Of a DNA stretch of 63,180 nt, positions 34,783-43,581 are shown one piece after another (the stretch's first letter is position 1; the number at the start of each line of letters is the position of its first letter). The notes under the pieces were generated by a model. That model was given only the letters and a program-made list of their open reading frames with translations, searched no databases and was not told where the DNA came from. The position numbers and the translations under genes are program-made. The stretch is from Candidatus Limnocylindria bacterium (GTDB taxonomy: Bacteria; Chloroflexota; Limnocylindria; QHBO01), in the NCBI GenBank assembly GCA_036397815.1, contig DASWIE010000059.1:1-63180 (forward strand), given 5' to 3'.

Positions 34783-35397
34783 TCACAGCGTGAAGAAGAT
34801 CCCGTCCCACGGCCAGACCCAGTTCCAGCCCGGGCCGCGGAAGAAGGAACCGATGAAGGTCACGATCAGGCCCCCGACCATGAGGCACATGAAGAAGACC
34901 CAGGCCAGCTTGCGGTCGTGGGTGGCCCGGTACGGCGATCGGTCGAGGTACGGGATCAGGGCGATGCCGATGAAGTAGAGCGGCATGAACAGGATGCCGA
35001 CCACGGTCGCGTTGAAGTACGAGAGCATCTCCTGCAGGCCGAGGAAGTACCACGGTGCCTTGGCCACGTGCGGGGTCACGCCGGCGTTCGCCATGTCCTC
35101 CAGCGGCGCCTGGATCAGGAATGAGGTGACGATCAGCACGATGGTCATCAGCGAGGCCATCACGAACTCGGCGCGCAGCAGGTGAGGCCAGGTGAGGACG
35201 GTCTCATCGGGGCGCTTGTCGACGCGGACCATCGACTCCTGCTTGACATAGGCCAGCAGCCGGAAGCGCTCGGTGCCCGGCACGCCGGGCGGGCCCGGCA
35301 GCTTCGGGCCGACGCCGCGCTCGACGAGCGGGACGCCGGGCGCCTGGGTCGGAACGTTCTTGTCGGCGGTGGCGTTCGGCCGCTTCTCGATCGTCAT
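34783..35397 (-). CDS. Split cytochrome b C-terminal subunit (subunit IV/PetD/QcrC-like)
   Basis: TWPHLL, KAPWYFLGLQEML (PEWY variant) and IPYLDRS. Confidence 0.9.
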   Translation of the reverse strand: MTIEKRPNATADKNVPTQAPGVPLVERGVGPKLPGPPGVPGTERFRLLAYVKQESMVRVDKRPDETVLTWPHLLRAEFVMASLMTIVLIVTSFLIQAPLEDMANAGVTPHVAKAPWYFLGLQEMLSYFNATVVGILFMPLYFIGIALIPYLDRSPYRATHDRKLAWVFFMCLMVGGLIVTFIGSFFRGPGWNWVWPWDGIFFTL

Positions 35398-35410
35398 CGG
35401 TTCACCTTCA

Positions 35411-36130
35411 TCAGACTGGGCCCGAGATGCCGCCGTCCTTCCGGATCCGCCAGAAGTGGACGACGATCAGGATGGCGGCGAGAAGGGGGAATGCGATCAC
35501 GTGAAGGACGTAGAACCGGATCAGGGTGCCCTGTCCCACCTCGATCCCGCCCAGCAGCACGAAGGCTGACTGAGTGTCGACGAGCGGCGCATAGGTCGCC
35601 ATCTGGGTGCCGACCGTGATCGCCCAGAACGCGATCTGGTCCCATGGCAGCAGGTAGCCGGTGAAGCTCAGGGCCAGGGTCATGAACAGGAGCAGGGAGC
35701 CGATCGCCCAGTTGAACTCGCGCGGCGGCTTGTAGGCGCCGTGGTAGAAGACCCGGATCATGTGCAGGAAGACGGTCAGCACCATCAGGTGCGCCGCCCA
35801 GCGATGCATGTTGCGGATGAGCGAGCCGAAGGCGACCGAGTTCTCGATGGTCTGGATGTCCTGGAAGGCGCGCGTGACCGACGGAACGTAGAAGAACATC
35901 AGGTAGACGCCGGTCACCGTCAGCGCCAGGAACAGGAAGAAGCTGATCCCGCCCAGGCAGAAGGTGTAGGTGTAGCGGATGGCGTGCTTCTTGACCCGCA
36001 CCGGGTGCAGGTGCAGGAAGACGTTGTTCATGACCGCCAGCGCGCGGGTGCGGCTGGTCGTGGGATAGGGCTGACGGAACAGGCTTCTCCACAGCTGGGA
36101 CTCGATCACGAGCCGCCACAGGAAGCTCAT
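35411..36130 (-). CDS. qcrB: Cytochrome b6-type subunit
   Basis: TFCLGG (heme ci Cys), RNMHRWAAH, FLHMIRVF, RE.NW, GYLLPWDQ and FYVLH...VHF. Confidence 0.95.
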   Translation of the reverse strand: MSFLWRLVIESQLWRSLFRQPYPTTSRTRALAVMNNVFLHLHPVRVKKHAIRYTYTFCLGGISFFLFLALTVTGVYLMFFYVPSVTRAFQDIQTIENSVAFGSLIRNMHRWAAHLMVLTVFLHMIRVFYHGAYKPPREFNWAIGSLLLFMTLALSFTGYLLPWDQIAFWAITVGTQMATYAPLVDTQSAFVLLGGIEVGQGTLIRFYVLHVIAFPLLAAILIVVHFWRIRKDGGISGPV

Positions 36131-38100
36131 CGGTCCACCGCCGGTCCGGCCTGCTGGCCGACCTGCCCCAGCACGTTGTCCTTGTAACTCTCCAAGAGCA
36201 CCTTCCCGTCGGGCGTGAACCGCTCCAGCTCGAGCCGGTCCATCGTGATGCAGTTGGTTGGACACCGCTCGACGCAGAGGTTGCAGCGGATGCAACGCTC
36301 CTCGTCGATGATCATTGCGATCCCGCGCGGCCACGACTGGAAGAGATCGATCTCCGGATCGTCGCCGCCGACCTGCGCCTTGTCGACCATGTAGATGACG
36401 CCTTCAGGGCAGACGTCGGCGCAGAGCCCGCACAGGATACAGCGCGGCCCGTCGATGTTGATGTTGTGGTTGCACTGCAGGCAGCGCGCCCCTTCGGCGA
36501 TCGCACTGCGCGTGTCGTAGCCGACCTCCACCAGGCTGGTGAAGTCGCGGCGCAGCTCCGGCGGCGCCATCGGGATGTGCTGGCGCTCGGTCGCCTCGTA
36601 GGCCCACGGCATGTCGTGGTCGAGCGCCTGGGTGATGGTGGCGCGGTTGATGACCGGCAGCTCCTCCAGCTCGTCGCCGCGGACACCCGCCAGCCAGCGG
36701 TCGACGGCGCGCGCGGTCCGCCGGCCCCGACCCGCGGCCTCGATGATGGTGGCGGGCCCGGTCACGAAGTCGCCGCACGCGAAGATGCCGTCCACGTTGG
36801 TCTGGAACGTATCCGGGTTGGTGACGACCAGCCCCCGGTTCAGCTCGAACGTGAGCGCGTTGTAGGGCTTCCCATCCGGGCTCGCGGGAGTCGTCCCGTT
36901 GAGCGGCGGGGTGCGCCAGGATGAGACCGATCCACCGGGCACGATCTCGCGGGTGTCCGTCACGCCGAGGTGGCGATTGAGCTTAGAGCCGTACTCGCCG
37001 AGCACGTTGTTGTCCGACGCCTGGCTGGTGCACGGAATGACCATGTCGCACGGAATCGTGAACTCGCTGCCCGGGATCGGCTCCGGCGAGCGGCGGCCGC
37101 TTGCGTCCGGCGGGCCGAGCTTCACGCGCTGGAAGACCATGCCGGTCACCTTGCCGCGCTCGTCGCCGAGCACCTCGACCGGGGACGCGAAGAGCTCGAA
37201 GCGCACGCCCTCGAAGCGGGTCTCGTGCTGCTCCTCCTCGTCGACCACCATCTCCTCCGGGCCACGGCGATAGCAGATCACCGAGGTCTTGGCCCCGAGC
37301 CGGAGCGCGGTGCGCGACGAGTCCATCGCCGTGTAGCCGCCACCCACGATCACCACGTGGTCGCCGACCCACTGCTCCTCGCCGAGGTTCGCCTTCTTGA
37401 GGAAGTCGACGCCGTAGATCACGCCGTCCAGCTCCTCGCCGGGGACGTTCATGGCGACCGGATACATGCAGCCGGCGGAGACGACCACCGCGTCAAACCG
37501 CTCGCGCAGCTGGTCGATGGTGATGTCGCGGCCAATCTCGACGTTGTAGTGGAACTCGACCCCGTGCTTGGCGACCCAGTTCACGTCCAGCTCGATCACG
37601 TCGCGCGGCAGCCGGAAGGCCGGGACCCCGATCAGGCACGTGCCGCCGCCCGACGGGAGCGCCTCGTAGAGGTGCACCTCGTGGCCGTCGGCGGCCAGCT
37701 CCTTGGCGGCCGACAGGCCGGCCGGTCCGGCACCGATAACCGCGACGCTCTTGCCGGTCGCGGCGGCGACTACGATGTTGTCCGGCATGTTGTTGCCGTA
37801 GTGCCAGTCCACCAGGAAGCGCTTCATGGCCCGGATGGCGAGCGGCTTGTCGATGTCGGCGCGGCGGCAGGCCTTCTCACACGGCGCCGAGCAGACGTAG
37901 CCGCAGATCGCCGCGACCGGGTTCGGGTCTCGGGCCAGGATGTAGCCCTCCTCGAAGCGTCCCTCGGCGGCGAGCATCAGGTAGCCGCGGCAGTTGGTGT
38001 TGACCGGGCAGCCTTCCTGGCACTCGATGTTGCACTGGAGCCAGTCGACGCCGACCTCGGCGGTCTGGAACCTCAGCGGGATCGCGTTCTCGGTGATCAC
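36127..38100 (-). CDS. NAD(P)H/FAD oxidoreductase of the GltD/NfnB/SudA/DsrL superfamily with C-terminal 2x[4Fe-4S] ferredoxin
   Basis: CQEGCP, CGYVCSAPCEKACRR, GAGPAG, GGGYTAMD, YRR, FACGD, EGARCLQC, CILCGLCADVCP and CIRCNLCVERCP; ATGA overlap with cytochrome b. Confidence 0.9.
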   Translation of the reverse strand: MITENAIPLRFQTAEVGVDWLQCNIECQEGCPVNTNCRGYLMLAAEGRFEEGYILARDPNPVAAICGYVCSAPCEKACRRADIDKPLAIRAMKRFLVDWHYGNNMPDNIVVAAATGKSVAVIGAGPAGLSAAKELAADGHEVHLYEALPSGGGTCLIGVPAFRLPRDVIELDVNWVAKHGVEFHYNVEIGRDITIDQLRERFDAVVVSAGCMYPVAMNVPGEELDGVIYGVDFLKKANLGEEQWVGDHVVIVGGGYTAMDSSRTALRLGAKTSVICYRRGPEEMVVDEEEQHETRFEGVRFELFASPVEVLGDERGKVTGMVFQRVKLGPPDASGRRSPEPIPGSEFTIPCDMVIPCTSQASDNNVLGEYGSKLNRHLGVTDTREIVPGGSVSSWRTPPLNGTTPASPDGKPYNALTFELNRGLVVTNPDTFQTNVDGIFACGDFVTGPATIIEAAGRGRRTARAVDRWLAGVRGDELEELPVINRATITQALDHDMPWAYEATERQHIPMAPPELRRDFTSLVEVGYDTRSAIAEGARCLQCNHNINIDGPRCILCGLCADVCPEGVIYMVDKAQVGGDDPEIDLFQSWPRGIAMIIDEERCIRCNLCVERCPTNCITMDRLELERFTPDGKVLLESYKDNVLGQVGQQAGPAVDR

Positions 38101-38159
38101 AGGCGTAATCGCAGAGCGGGTTCCACCACGTAACGCGGAGCGTATGGAGCGGCAGCCCG

Positions 38160-38189
38160 ATGCTACCCGTCTCGCGCTCTGAGTGTCAA
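38160..38189 (-). promoter_or_regulatory. Near-consensus sigma70 promoter of the flavoprotein-Rieske/cyt b operon
   Basis: TTGACA-N18-TAGCAT on the minus strand. Confidence 0.65.
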
Positions 38190-38222
38190 AGCGGACTGCG
38201 CGGGCCGTGCCTCACTTTCGCG

Positions 38223-40283
38223 CTACAGATCGGCGAAGTAGCGGGACATTACCCGGCGCACGAGCGGGGCCGCATCCGAGCCGCCGGTCGCCAGCGGGAC
38301 GCGAACGAGGACGGTGGCGATGCTGATCCCGGGGTCGTCCGCGGGGGCGAAGGCCGGGAACCAGGCGTTCGGATTCGGTCCACCGGTCTCGGCGGTTCCA
38401 CTCTTGCCCGCCACCTGGACGCCAAAGCCCGCGAATGCAGAACGCGCGGTTCCGTACGACAGGTTGACCACGGCCTTCATCGACTCCACCACGTAGTCGA
38501 GCTGCGCGTCGGTCATGCTGATCTCGCGGGCGACGATTTGCTCCACGCGAAGCTGCGTCGTCCCACCGGGAGAACGCACCTCGGCGACGAGTCGCGGGAC
38601 CCAGAGCACGCCGCCGTTACCGAACGCCGCGTACGCGTTGGCCATCTGGAGCGGCGTCGCGAGCAGGTCGCCCTGGCCGATCGCCAGCTGGATCTGGTCG
38701 AAGGGCCCGTACGGGCGGAGGACACCGTCCCAGCGCTTGGTGACCTCGAAATACTGCCGGTCCGGAAGGATCCCGTCCTCCTCGGCGAGGTGCTGGATGC
38801 CGGTGGGCTGTCCAAAGCCGAACTCACGAACTAGGCCGGTGAGCGCCTCCTGGTCGGCGTCGTAGACCATGATCGATAGCGGCATGTAGGTGGTGTTGCA
38901 GCTGAAGGCCATCGCCTGCAGCAGGTTCACCGTCCCGGGCAGCTGGTGCTCGAGATAGTTGCGGAACGTGAAGCCGGAGAAGGTCCAGGTGCCGTGGCAG
39001 GTCATGCGGGTGCCGGGCCCGGCGACGCCGCTCTTCAGCGCCGCGCCCAGGGTGAACACCTTGAACGACGAGCCGGTTGGGTAGGCGCCCATGGTGGCGT
39101 GGTTGAGCCGGGTGTTGGTGCCGGGCGTACCGAGACCCTGACCACCCAGCGTGGTCCCCAGGGTCATCGCGTTCGGGTTGAAGAGCGGAGCCGATGCCAG
39201 CGCCCACACGTCGCCGCTCCGCGGATCGACCACTGCCGTGCCGGCCTCCGCGTAGCCGCCGATGGCCGCCTCCGCGGCCGCCTGGATCCTGGGCCGAATG
39301 GTGATGACGACGTCGCTGCCCGGCACCATCGCCCGCTGCAGCACCGGCAGCGGATCGCCGGCCGGCGGGACCACGGCCAGCGTGAAGCCCGGACGTCCAC
39401 GGAGCAGCTCGTCGGCGCCCGCCTCGATGCCACCGCGGCCCCTGACGTCGCCGGCGAGGTAGCCCTCCCGCCCGAGTGTCCTCAGCTCATCCTCGGTGAC
39501 CTCGCCGACCCAGCCAATCGTCTGCCCGGCGAGCCACTCCTGGGGGTAGACGCGCACCCCATCCTCGCGGGTCTGGGCAAAGACGGTGCCTTCAGTGGCC
39601 ATGATCCGGCCCCGTGGAGCGTCCTGCCGCGTTAGCGCCAGCGCCCCGCCCTCGGCGAGCTCCGGAAACAGCACGGCGGGGCTCCAGCTGACCTGCCAGC
39701 CGGTTGCGCCCTGCACCATCACGAGATCGCGTTTCAGGTCCACATCGCCAAGGAGGTCCGTCCTGAACTGCAGCACGACCGGGATGCGCACTGCGGGCAC
39801 CGGGCCATCGAGTGGCGTGTCGGCGGGCACGGGGGTGGTGGAGGGCGTCGGCTCGGCCGTCGTGGCGGGCGACGTGCTCGCGGAGCCGTCCTGCGACGGG
39901 CCTAACGTCGGCACCGGCGTGGTGGTCGGCGCCGGCTGGTCCGGGGGGCGCGCCTGGGGTGGGAGCGTCGTCGGGATCGTCGGCCCCACCGCCCAGCGCA
40001 GCTGCCGTACACCGGTCAGCTCGTCGAAGCTCCTGAGCGGCGCCGCGAACTCGTCGAGGCTGAGGCGCTCGCGGTCGGCGGCAGCGATCATCTGGTACAT
40101 CGGCCCCCAGCTCCCGATCCGCCACGCGGCGAGGAAAGCATGGACCATGTCGTCGGCCTCGCCGATTGGCGCGGTGGGGACCGTCGTGGAAAAGGGCGTC
40201 GGATCCGGTCCAGGCGCCAGGCAGCCCGCAACCACGACCGCGCCCAGCGCCAGCGCGACGAGCGGCGCAGCTCTCCCCCGCAT
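38223..40283 (-). CDS. Class B penicillin-binding transpeptidase, lipoprotein, with MecA_N-like domain
   Basis: Lipobox VAGC, WQVSWSP, PRGRI, SxxK (GSSFK), SxN (SCN) and KSG. Confidence 0.88.
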   Translation of the reverse strand: MRGRAAPLVALALGAVVVAGCLAPGPDPTPFSTTVPTAPIGEADDMVHAFLAAWRIGSWGPMYQMIAAADRERLSLDEFAAPLRSFDELTGVRQLRWAVGPTIPTTLPPQARPPDQPAPTTTPVPTLGPSQDGSASTSPATTAEPTPSTTPVPADTPLDGPVPAVRIPVVLQFRTDLLGDVDLKRDLVMVQGATGWQVSWSPAVLFPELAEGGALALTRQDAPRGRIMATEGTVFAQTREDGVRVYPQEWLAGQTIGWVGEVTEDELRTLGREGYLAGDVRGRGGIEAGADELLRGRPGFTLAVVPPAGDPLPVLQRAMVPGSDVVITIRPRIQAAAEAAIGGYAEAGTAVVDPRSGDVWALASAPLFNPNAMTLGTTLGGQGLGTPGTNTRLNHATMGAYPTGSSFKVFTLGAALKSGVAGPGTRMTCHGTWTFSGFTFRNYLEHQLPGTVNLLQAMAFSCNTTYMPLSIMVYDADQEALTGLVREFGFGQPTGIQHLAEEDGILPDRQYFEVTKRWDGVLRPYGPFDQIQLAIGQGDLLATPLQMANAYAAFGNGGVLWVPRLVAEVRSPGGTTQLRVEQIVAREISMTDAQLDYVVESMKAVVNLSYGTARSAFAGFGVQVAGKSGTAETGGPNPNAWFPAFAPADDPGISIATVLVRVPLATGGSDAAPLVRRVMSRYFADL

Positions 40284-40288
40284 CGGTC

Positions 40289-41008
40289 TCACCGCGCCAG
40301 CATCACGCGTCGGAAACCCTCGGCGGCACGATAGCCCGCCCGTTCCCCAAGCTCTTCCGCGCGGCGTCGAAGCCACTTCGCCGTCTCCGGGAAGTCATGG
40401 AACTGGCTGGCGTGGTGGGCGAGGGCGGCGATCTTGCGCTCCAGGGTGTCGCTGATATCGACGATCTGGTTCGCCTCGTTCGTGCTCCATAGGAAGAGCT
40501 CCGCCACCTTCCATGGCTGCAGGCCGCCGCGAATGTGCTCCGGGAAGTTGAGCGGGTCGCGCGCGGTGGGAAAGACGGCGTCGACCGTGACCTCGCCTAC
40601 GGCCCGATGGTCGGGGTGGTTGACCCACTCGTTGTTCACGAACATGACGGTGGGATCGTGGCTCATCACGACCTCGGGGCGCACGGTGCGGATGGCGAAG
40701 GTGACACGCTCCCGCAGCCGGAGGCTCGTCTCCATCTGGCCATCGGGTTCGTCCAGGAAGTCGACGCCGGCAACCCCGATCTCGGCCGCCGCGGCACGCT
40801 GCTCGCCTTCGCGCGTCGCGGCCAGGGCACGGGGATCGACGGCTGCATCGTCGCTCCCCTTGTCGCCGCGCGTCATGAGCAGGTAGCGCACCTCGGTCCC
40901 CTCCCCGACCCAGCGAGCGACGGTGCCCGCGGCCCCGAACTCGATGTCGTCCGGGTGCGCGGCCACGACCAGGACGCGTTCAGGGGTGGGGAGCCGGTCG
41001 TTGGGCAG
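40289..41008 (-). CDS. PIG-L/LmbE-family deacetylase; probable CTG start
   Basis: RVLVVAAHPDDIE, TRGDKG, RE.EQRAA and HPDH. An in-frame TAG at 41021-41023 limits the start, and no ATG/GTG precedes the first conserved strand. Confidence 0.85.
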   Translation of the reverse strand: MPNDRLPTPERVLVVAAHPDDIEFGAAGTVARWVGEGTEVRYLLMTRGDKGSDDAAVDPRALAATREGEQRAAAAEIGVAGVDFLDEPDGQMETSLRLRERVTFAIRTVRPEVVMSHDPTVMFVNNEWVNHPDHRAVGEVTVDAVFPTARDPLNFPEHIRGGLQPWKVAELFLWSTNEANQIVDISDTLERKIAALAHHASQFHDFPETAKWLRRRAEELGERAGYRAAEGFRRVMLAR

Positions 41009-41039
41009 GGTTCCCGCATGCTAGCAGCCAGGGCGGGAA

Positions 41040-43577
41040 TCAGCGGACGGCGGCCCCGGGGAGCGGAGCGCCGACCGCCGTGCCGAGGCGGATGAGCCGG
41101 TCTCGGGGTTCGCTCAACAAGTCGGCGGCCCAGGCCACCACGTCCTCGTCGTGGCTGAAGAGGATCACCTGCCGGTCGGCGCTGAGTTCGTGGAGCACAG
41201 CGAGCACGCGACGCTTCCGGTCTGAGTCGGCCTGTGCGGTGACCTCGTCGAGCAGGAGCGGGGCCATGTCGTCGGTCGTCACCAGGTGCTCGGCCATTGC
41301 CACCCTCAGCAGCAGGTAGATCTGCTCGCGTGTCCCCTCGGATAGCAGCCGCGCGTCACGCCACTGGCCGGTCCGCGCCTCCTTGACGTCGACGGAAAGG
41401 TCGCGCGGGTTCATGCCCACTTCGACGTAAGCGCCGCCCGTGATGGCCGGCAGATGGCGTTGCACGGATGCGGTCAGGATCGGCGCAAGGTCCCTATGGA
41501 CGCGTCGCTCTGCAGTCTCGAGAAGGGAGAGCGTCTCGTCGATGACGGCGGCCAGCTCCTGCACCCGCAGCAGCTCGAGGCGGGCGGCGTCCGCGCGCTC
41601 CTCCACCTCTGCCACATCCGGGAGAGTGCTGGCGAGCAGGCGCAGCTCGCCGGTGAGAGCATCGAAGACCTCCTTCGATCGCGATGCCGTCGTCCGGGCG
41701 GCGATCACCATCGCCTCACCGTCGCGTCCCGGCGGGAGGATCGCGTCCTCGCCGGCAATTTGAGCGAGTCGAGCCGCGACCTCGGCCTGGCGATCCGCCT
41801 CGGCCTGGAGCTCGGCCAGCGTTCCTCCGTCCAGCAGCCCGGTCAGCTCCTGCCACTCGCGGATGGCGATCTCACTGGCGCGCGCAGCCTCGGCCTGTTG
41901 GCTCTGCCAGGCGTTGAGGCTGGCGACCAGCCCCTCTGGGGTACCGTCTCCTGCCTGCCCGATGTGCCGGGCTGACGTGCGGAGGGCAGCCTCGCTCGAG
42001 GTTGCCGCCTTCTCGGCACGGGCCACTGCCTCCTCTGCCGCCTCGCGCGCCTCGATGGCACGTCGCAGGCCTTCGGCGCCGGCGGCGGCGCGGGCAAGGT
42101 CCTCCCGCTGGGCGCAGGCAAGCTCGTAGGCGGTGACGGCTGCTCGAACCTCGCCCTCCACATCGGTGCCGCGCTCACGAAGTGCGCCGCGGAGGCCGTC
42201 CTCCGCGACGCGTGCAGCCTCCCGCATGCGCGTGGCGCGCGCCTCCCAGTCGGCGGCGAGCCACTCGTCCCGGTCAGCCGCGGCATGCCTGTTCGCCTCG
42301 ACCAGCCGTCTCGCCGTGGCATGTCGCCACGCCCATGCGGCGAGCGCGCCCGCCACGCCCAGCAGGCCGATTCCGAGAAGTGTCTGCCCCAGCAGGGCAA
42401 GGACCAGGCCGGCAACTCCCGCGCCCAGGAGGCCCAGGATCTGGATGAGCGGCGACGCCTCCTCTATCGGCGGCTGCGCTTCGAGGTCAGGCGCTGGGGG
42501 CACGGATGGACCCTTCCCGTGCAGGCGCAGCGCCTCCTCGGCGAGGTCTAGCGCCCGGATGGCGTCGGCGACCGATCGGTCGGGACGTCGGTCGCCCGCC
42601 GGGATCGCGGGCAGGGCGGCGAGCTGTTCGCGCAGCTCGACCGCCGTGGAGCCGGTGAGCGGCACCGGCATCGGCCGGCGACGCCAGGACTCGAGCGCTG
42701 CGGCCACCTCGTCGGCAAGCTCGGTGCGGACCGCCAGCGCCGCGGGGGGCTCCGGGTATGCCGCCGCCAGCTGCGCGGCGCGCTCGGCTCTGGCGGCGAG
42801 GTCCGTCGCGTCGCGCAGTGAGCGCGCGGCCTCCGCGGCCGACAGGCCGCGCTGGGCGGCATCGTGATCGCGCGCCGCCTCCTCGAGGCGCGCTTCGCGA
42901 TCCAGGTAGTCGGCGTGCTGGCGCCGCGCCTCGACGAGGGCGGCGTCGGCGGCCTCCTGCTCGCGCATCGAGGCCCACAGCGGCCCCGTCGCGCCGACGC
43001 GAACGGCGCCGACGGCCTCCTTCCGGAATGCCCTGAGCCCGGTGATTGCCTCGGCGGCGGTCCTGTCCGTGCCATGCGATGCGGCAGCGCGCTGCATCTG
43101 ATCCTGGAGCGCGCCGGCGCTGTCGGCGACCGCCATGATCTGTGCCTGGCTGACGGCCGCCACCGCGGCGAACGAATCGCGATCCAGGCCGAGCCAACGG
43201 CTGGCGTCCGGCGTTCCGTCGTTGATGATCTCGCTCGAAACATCGTCACCAAGGACAACGTCGCGAGCGCGGCAGGCGACCCTGCCGGCGAGGTCCTGGC
43301 TGATGTCGATCGTGCGTCCATCCGCGAGGTGAAGGCGGGCCTCGACCTCCCATCGGTCCGGCGAGTCCCACGGCCGATGGTGCTCGATGACCGACGCCGC
43401 CTCCTTAGTCCGGCCGGGACCGCGGCGCACGCCTGTCAGGGCCAGTCGCAGGGCAGCGTGCCAGCTCGTCTTGCCAGCCTCGTTCGGCCCGGTGATGACC
43501 GTCATCCCCTCCCCAAGCTCCAGGCTGTCCTCCAGGAGGGGGCCGAACGCCCGTGCCATGACGCGCTCAATCCACAT
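41040..43577 (-). CDS. SbcC/YhaN-like SMC-family ATPase
   Basis: Walker A GPNEAGKT, coiled-coil middle, signature LSEGT and Walker B LLLDE. Confidence 0.88.
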   Translation of the reverse strand: MWIERVMARAFGPLLEDSLELGEGMTVITGPNEAGKTSWHAALRLALTGVRRGPGRTKEAASVIEHHRPWDSPDRWEVEARLHLADGRTIDISQDLAGRVACRARDVVLGDDVSSEIINDGTPDASRWLGLDRDSFAAVAAVSQAQIMAVADSAGALQDQMQRAAASHGTDRTAAEAITGLRAFRKEAVGAVRVGATGPLWASMREQEAADAALVEARRQHADYLDREARLEEAARDHDAAQRGLSAAEAARSLRDATDLAARAERAAQLAAAYPEPPAALAVRTELADEVAAALESWRRRPMPVPLTGSTAVELREQLAALPAIPAGDRRPDRSVADAIRALDLAEEALRLHGKGPSVPPAPDLEAQPPIEEASPLIQILGLLGAGVAGLVLALLGQTLLGIGLLGVAGALAAWAWRHATARRLVEANRHAAADRDEWLAADWEARATRMREAARVAEDGLRGALRERGTDVEGEVRAAVTAYELACAQREDLARAAAGAEGLRRAIEAREAAEEAVARAEKAATSSEAALRTSARHIGQAGDGTPEGLVASLNAWQSQQAEAARASEIAIREWQELTGLLDGGTLAELQAEADRQAEVAARLAQIAGEDAILPPGRDGEAMVIAARTTASRSKEVFDALTGELRLLASTLPDVAEVEERADAARLELLRVQELAAVIDETLSLLETAERRVHRDLAPILTASVQRHLPAITGGAYVEVGMNPRDLSVDVKEARTGQWRDARLLSEGTREQIYLLLRVAMAEHLVTTDDMAPLLLDEVTAQADSDRKRRVLAVLHELSADRQVILFSHDEDVVAWAADLLSEPRDRLIRLGTAVGAPLPGAAVR

Positions 43578-43581
43578 GTCG

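Noticed and set aside
36127-38100. Evidence for dissimilatory sulfur metabolism (dsrL) or glutamate synthase (gltD)
   Set aside because: There are no dsrAB/dsrC or gltB genes in the window, and the gene is coupled to cytochrome b. Shared architecture alone does not give function.
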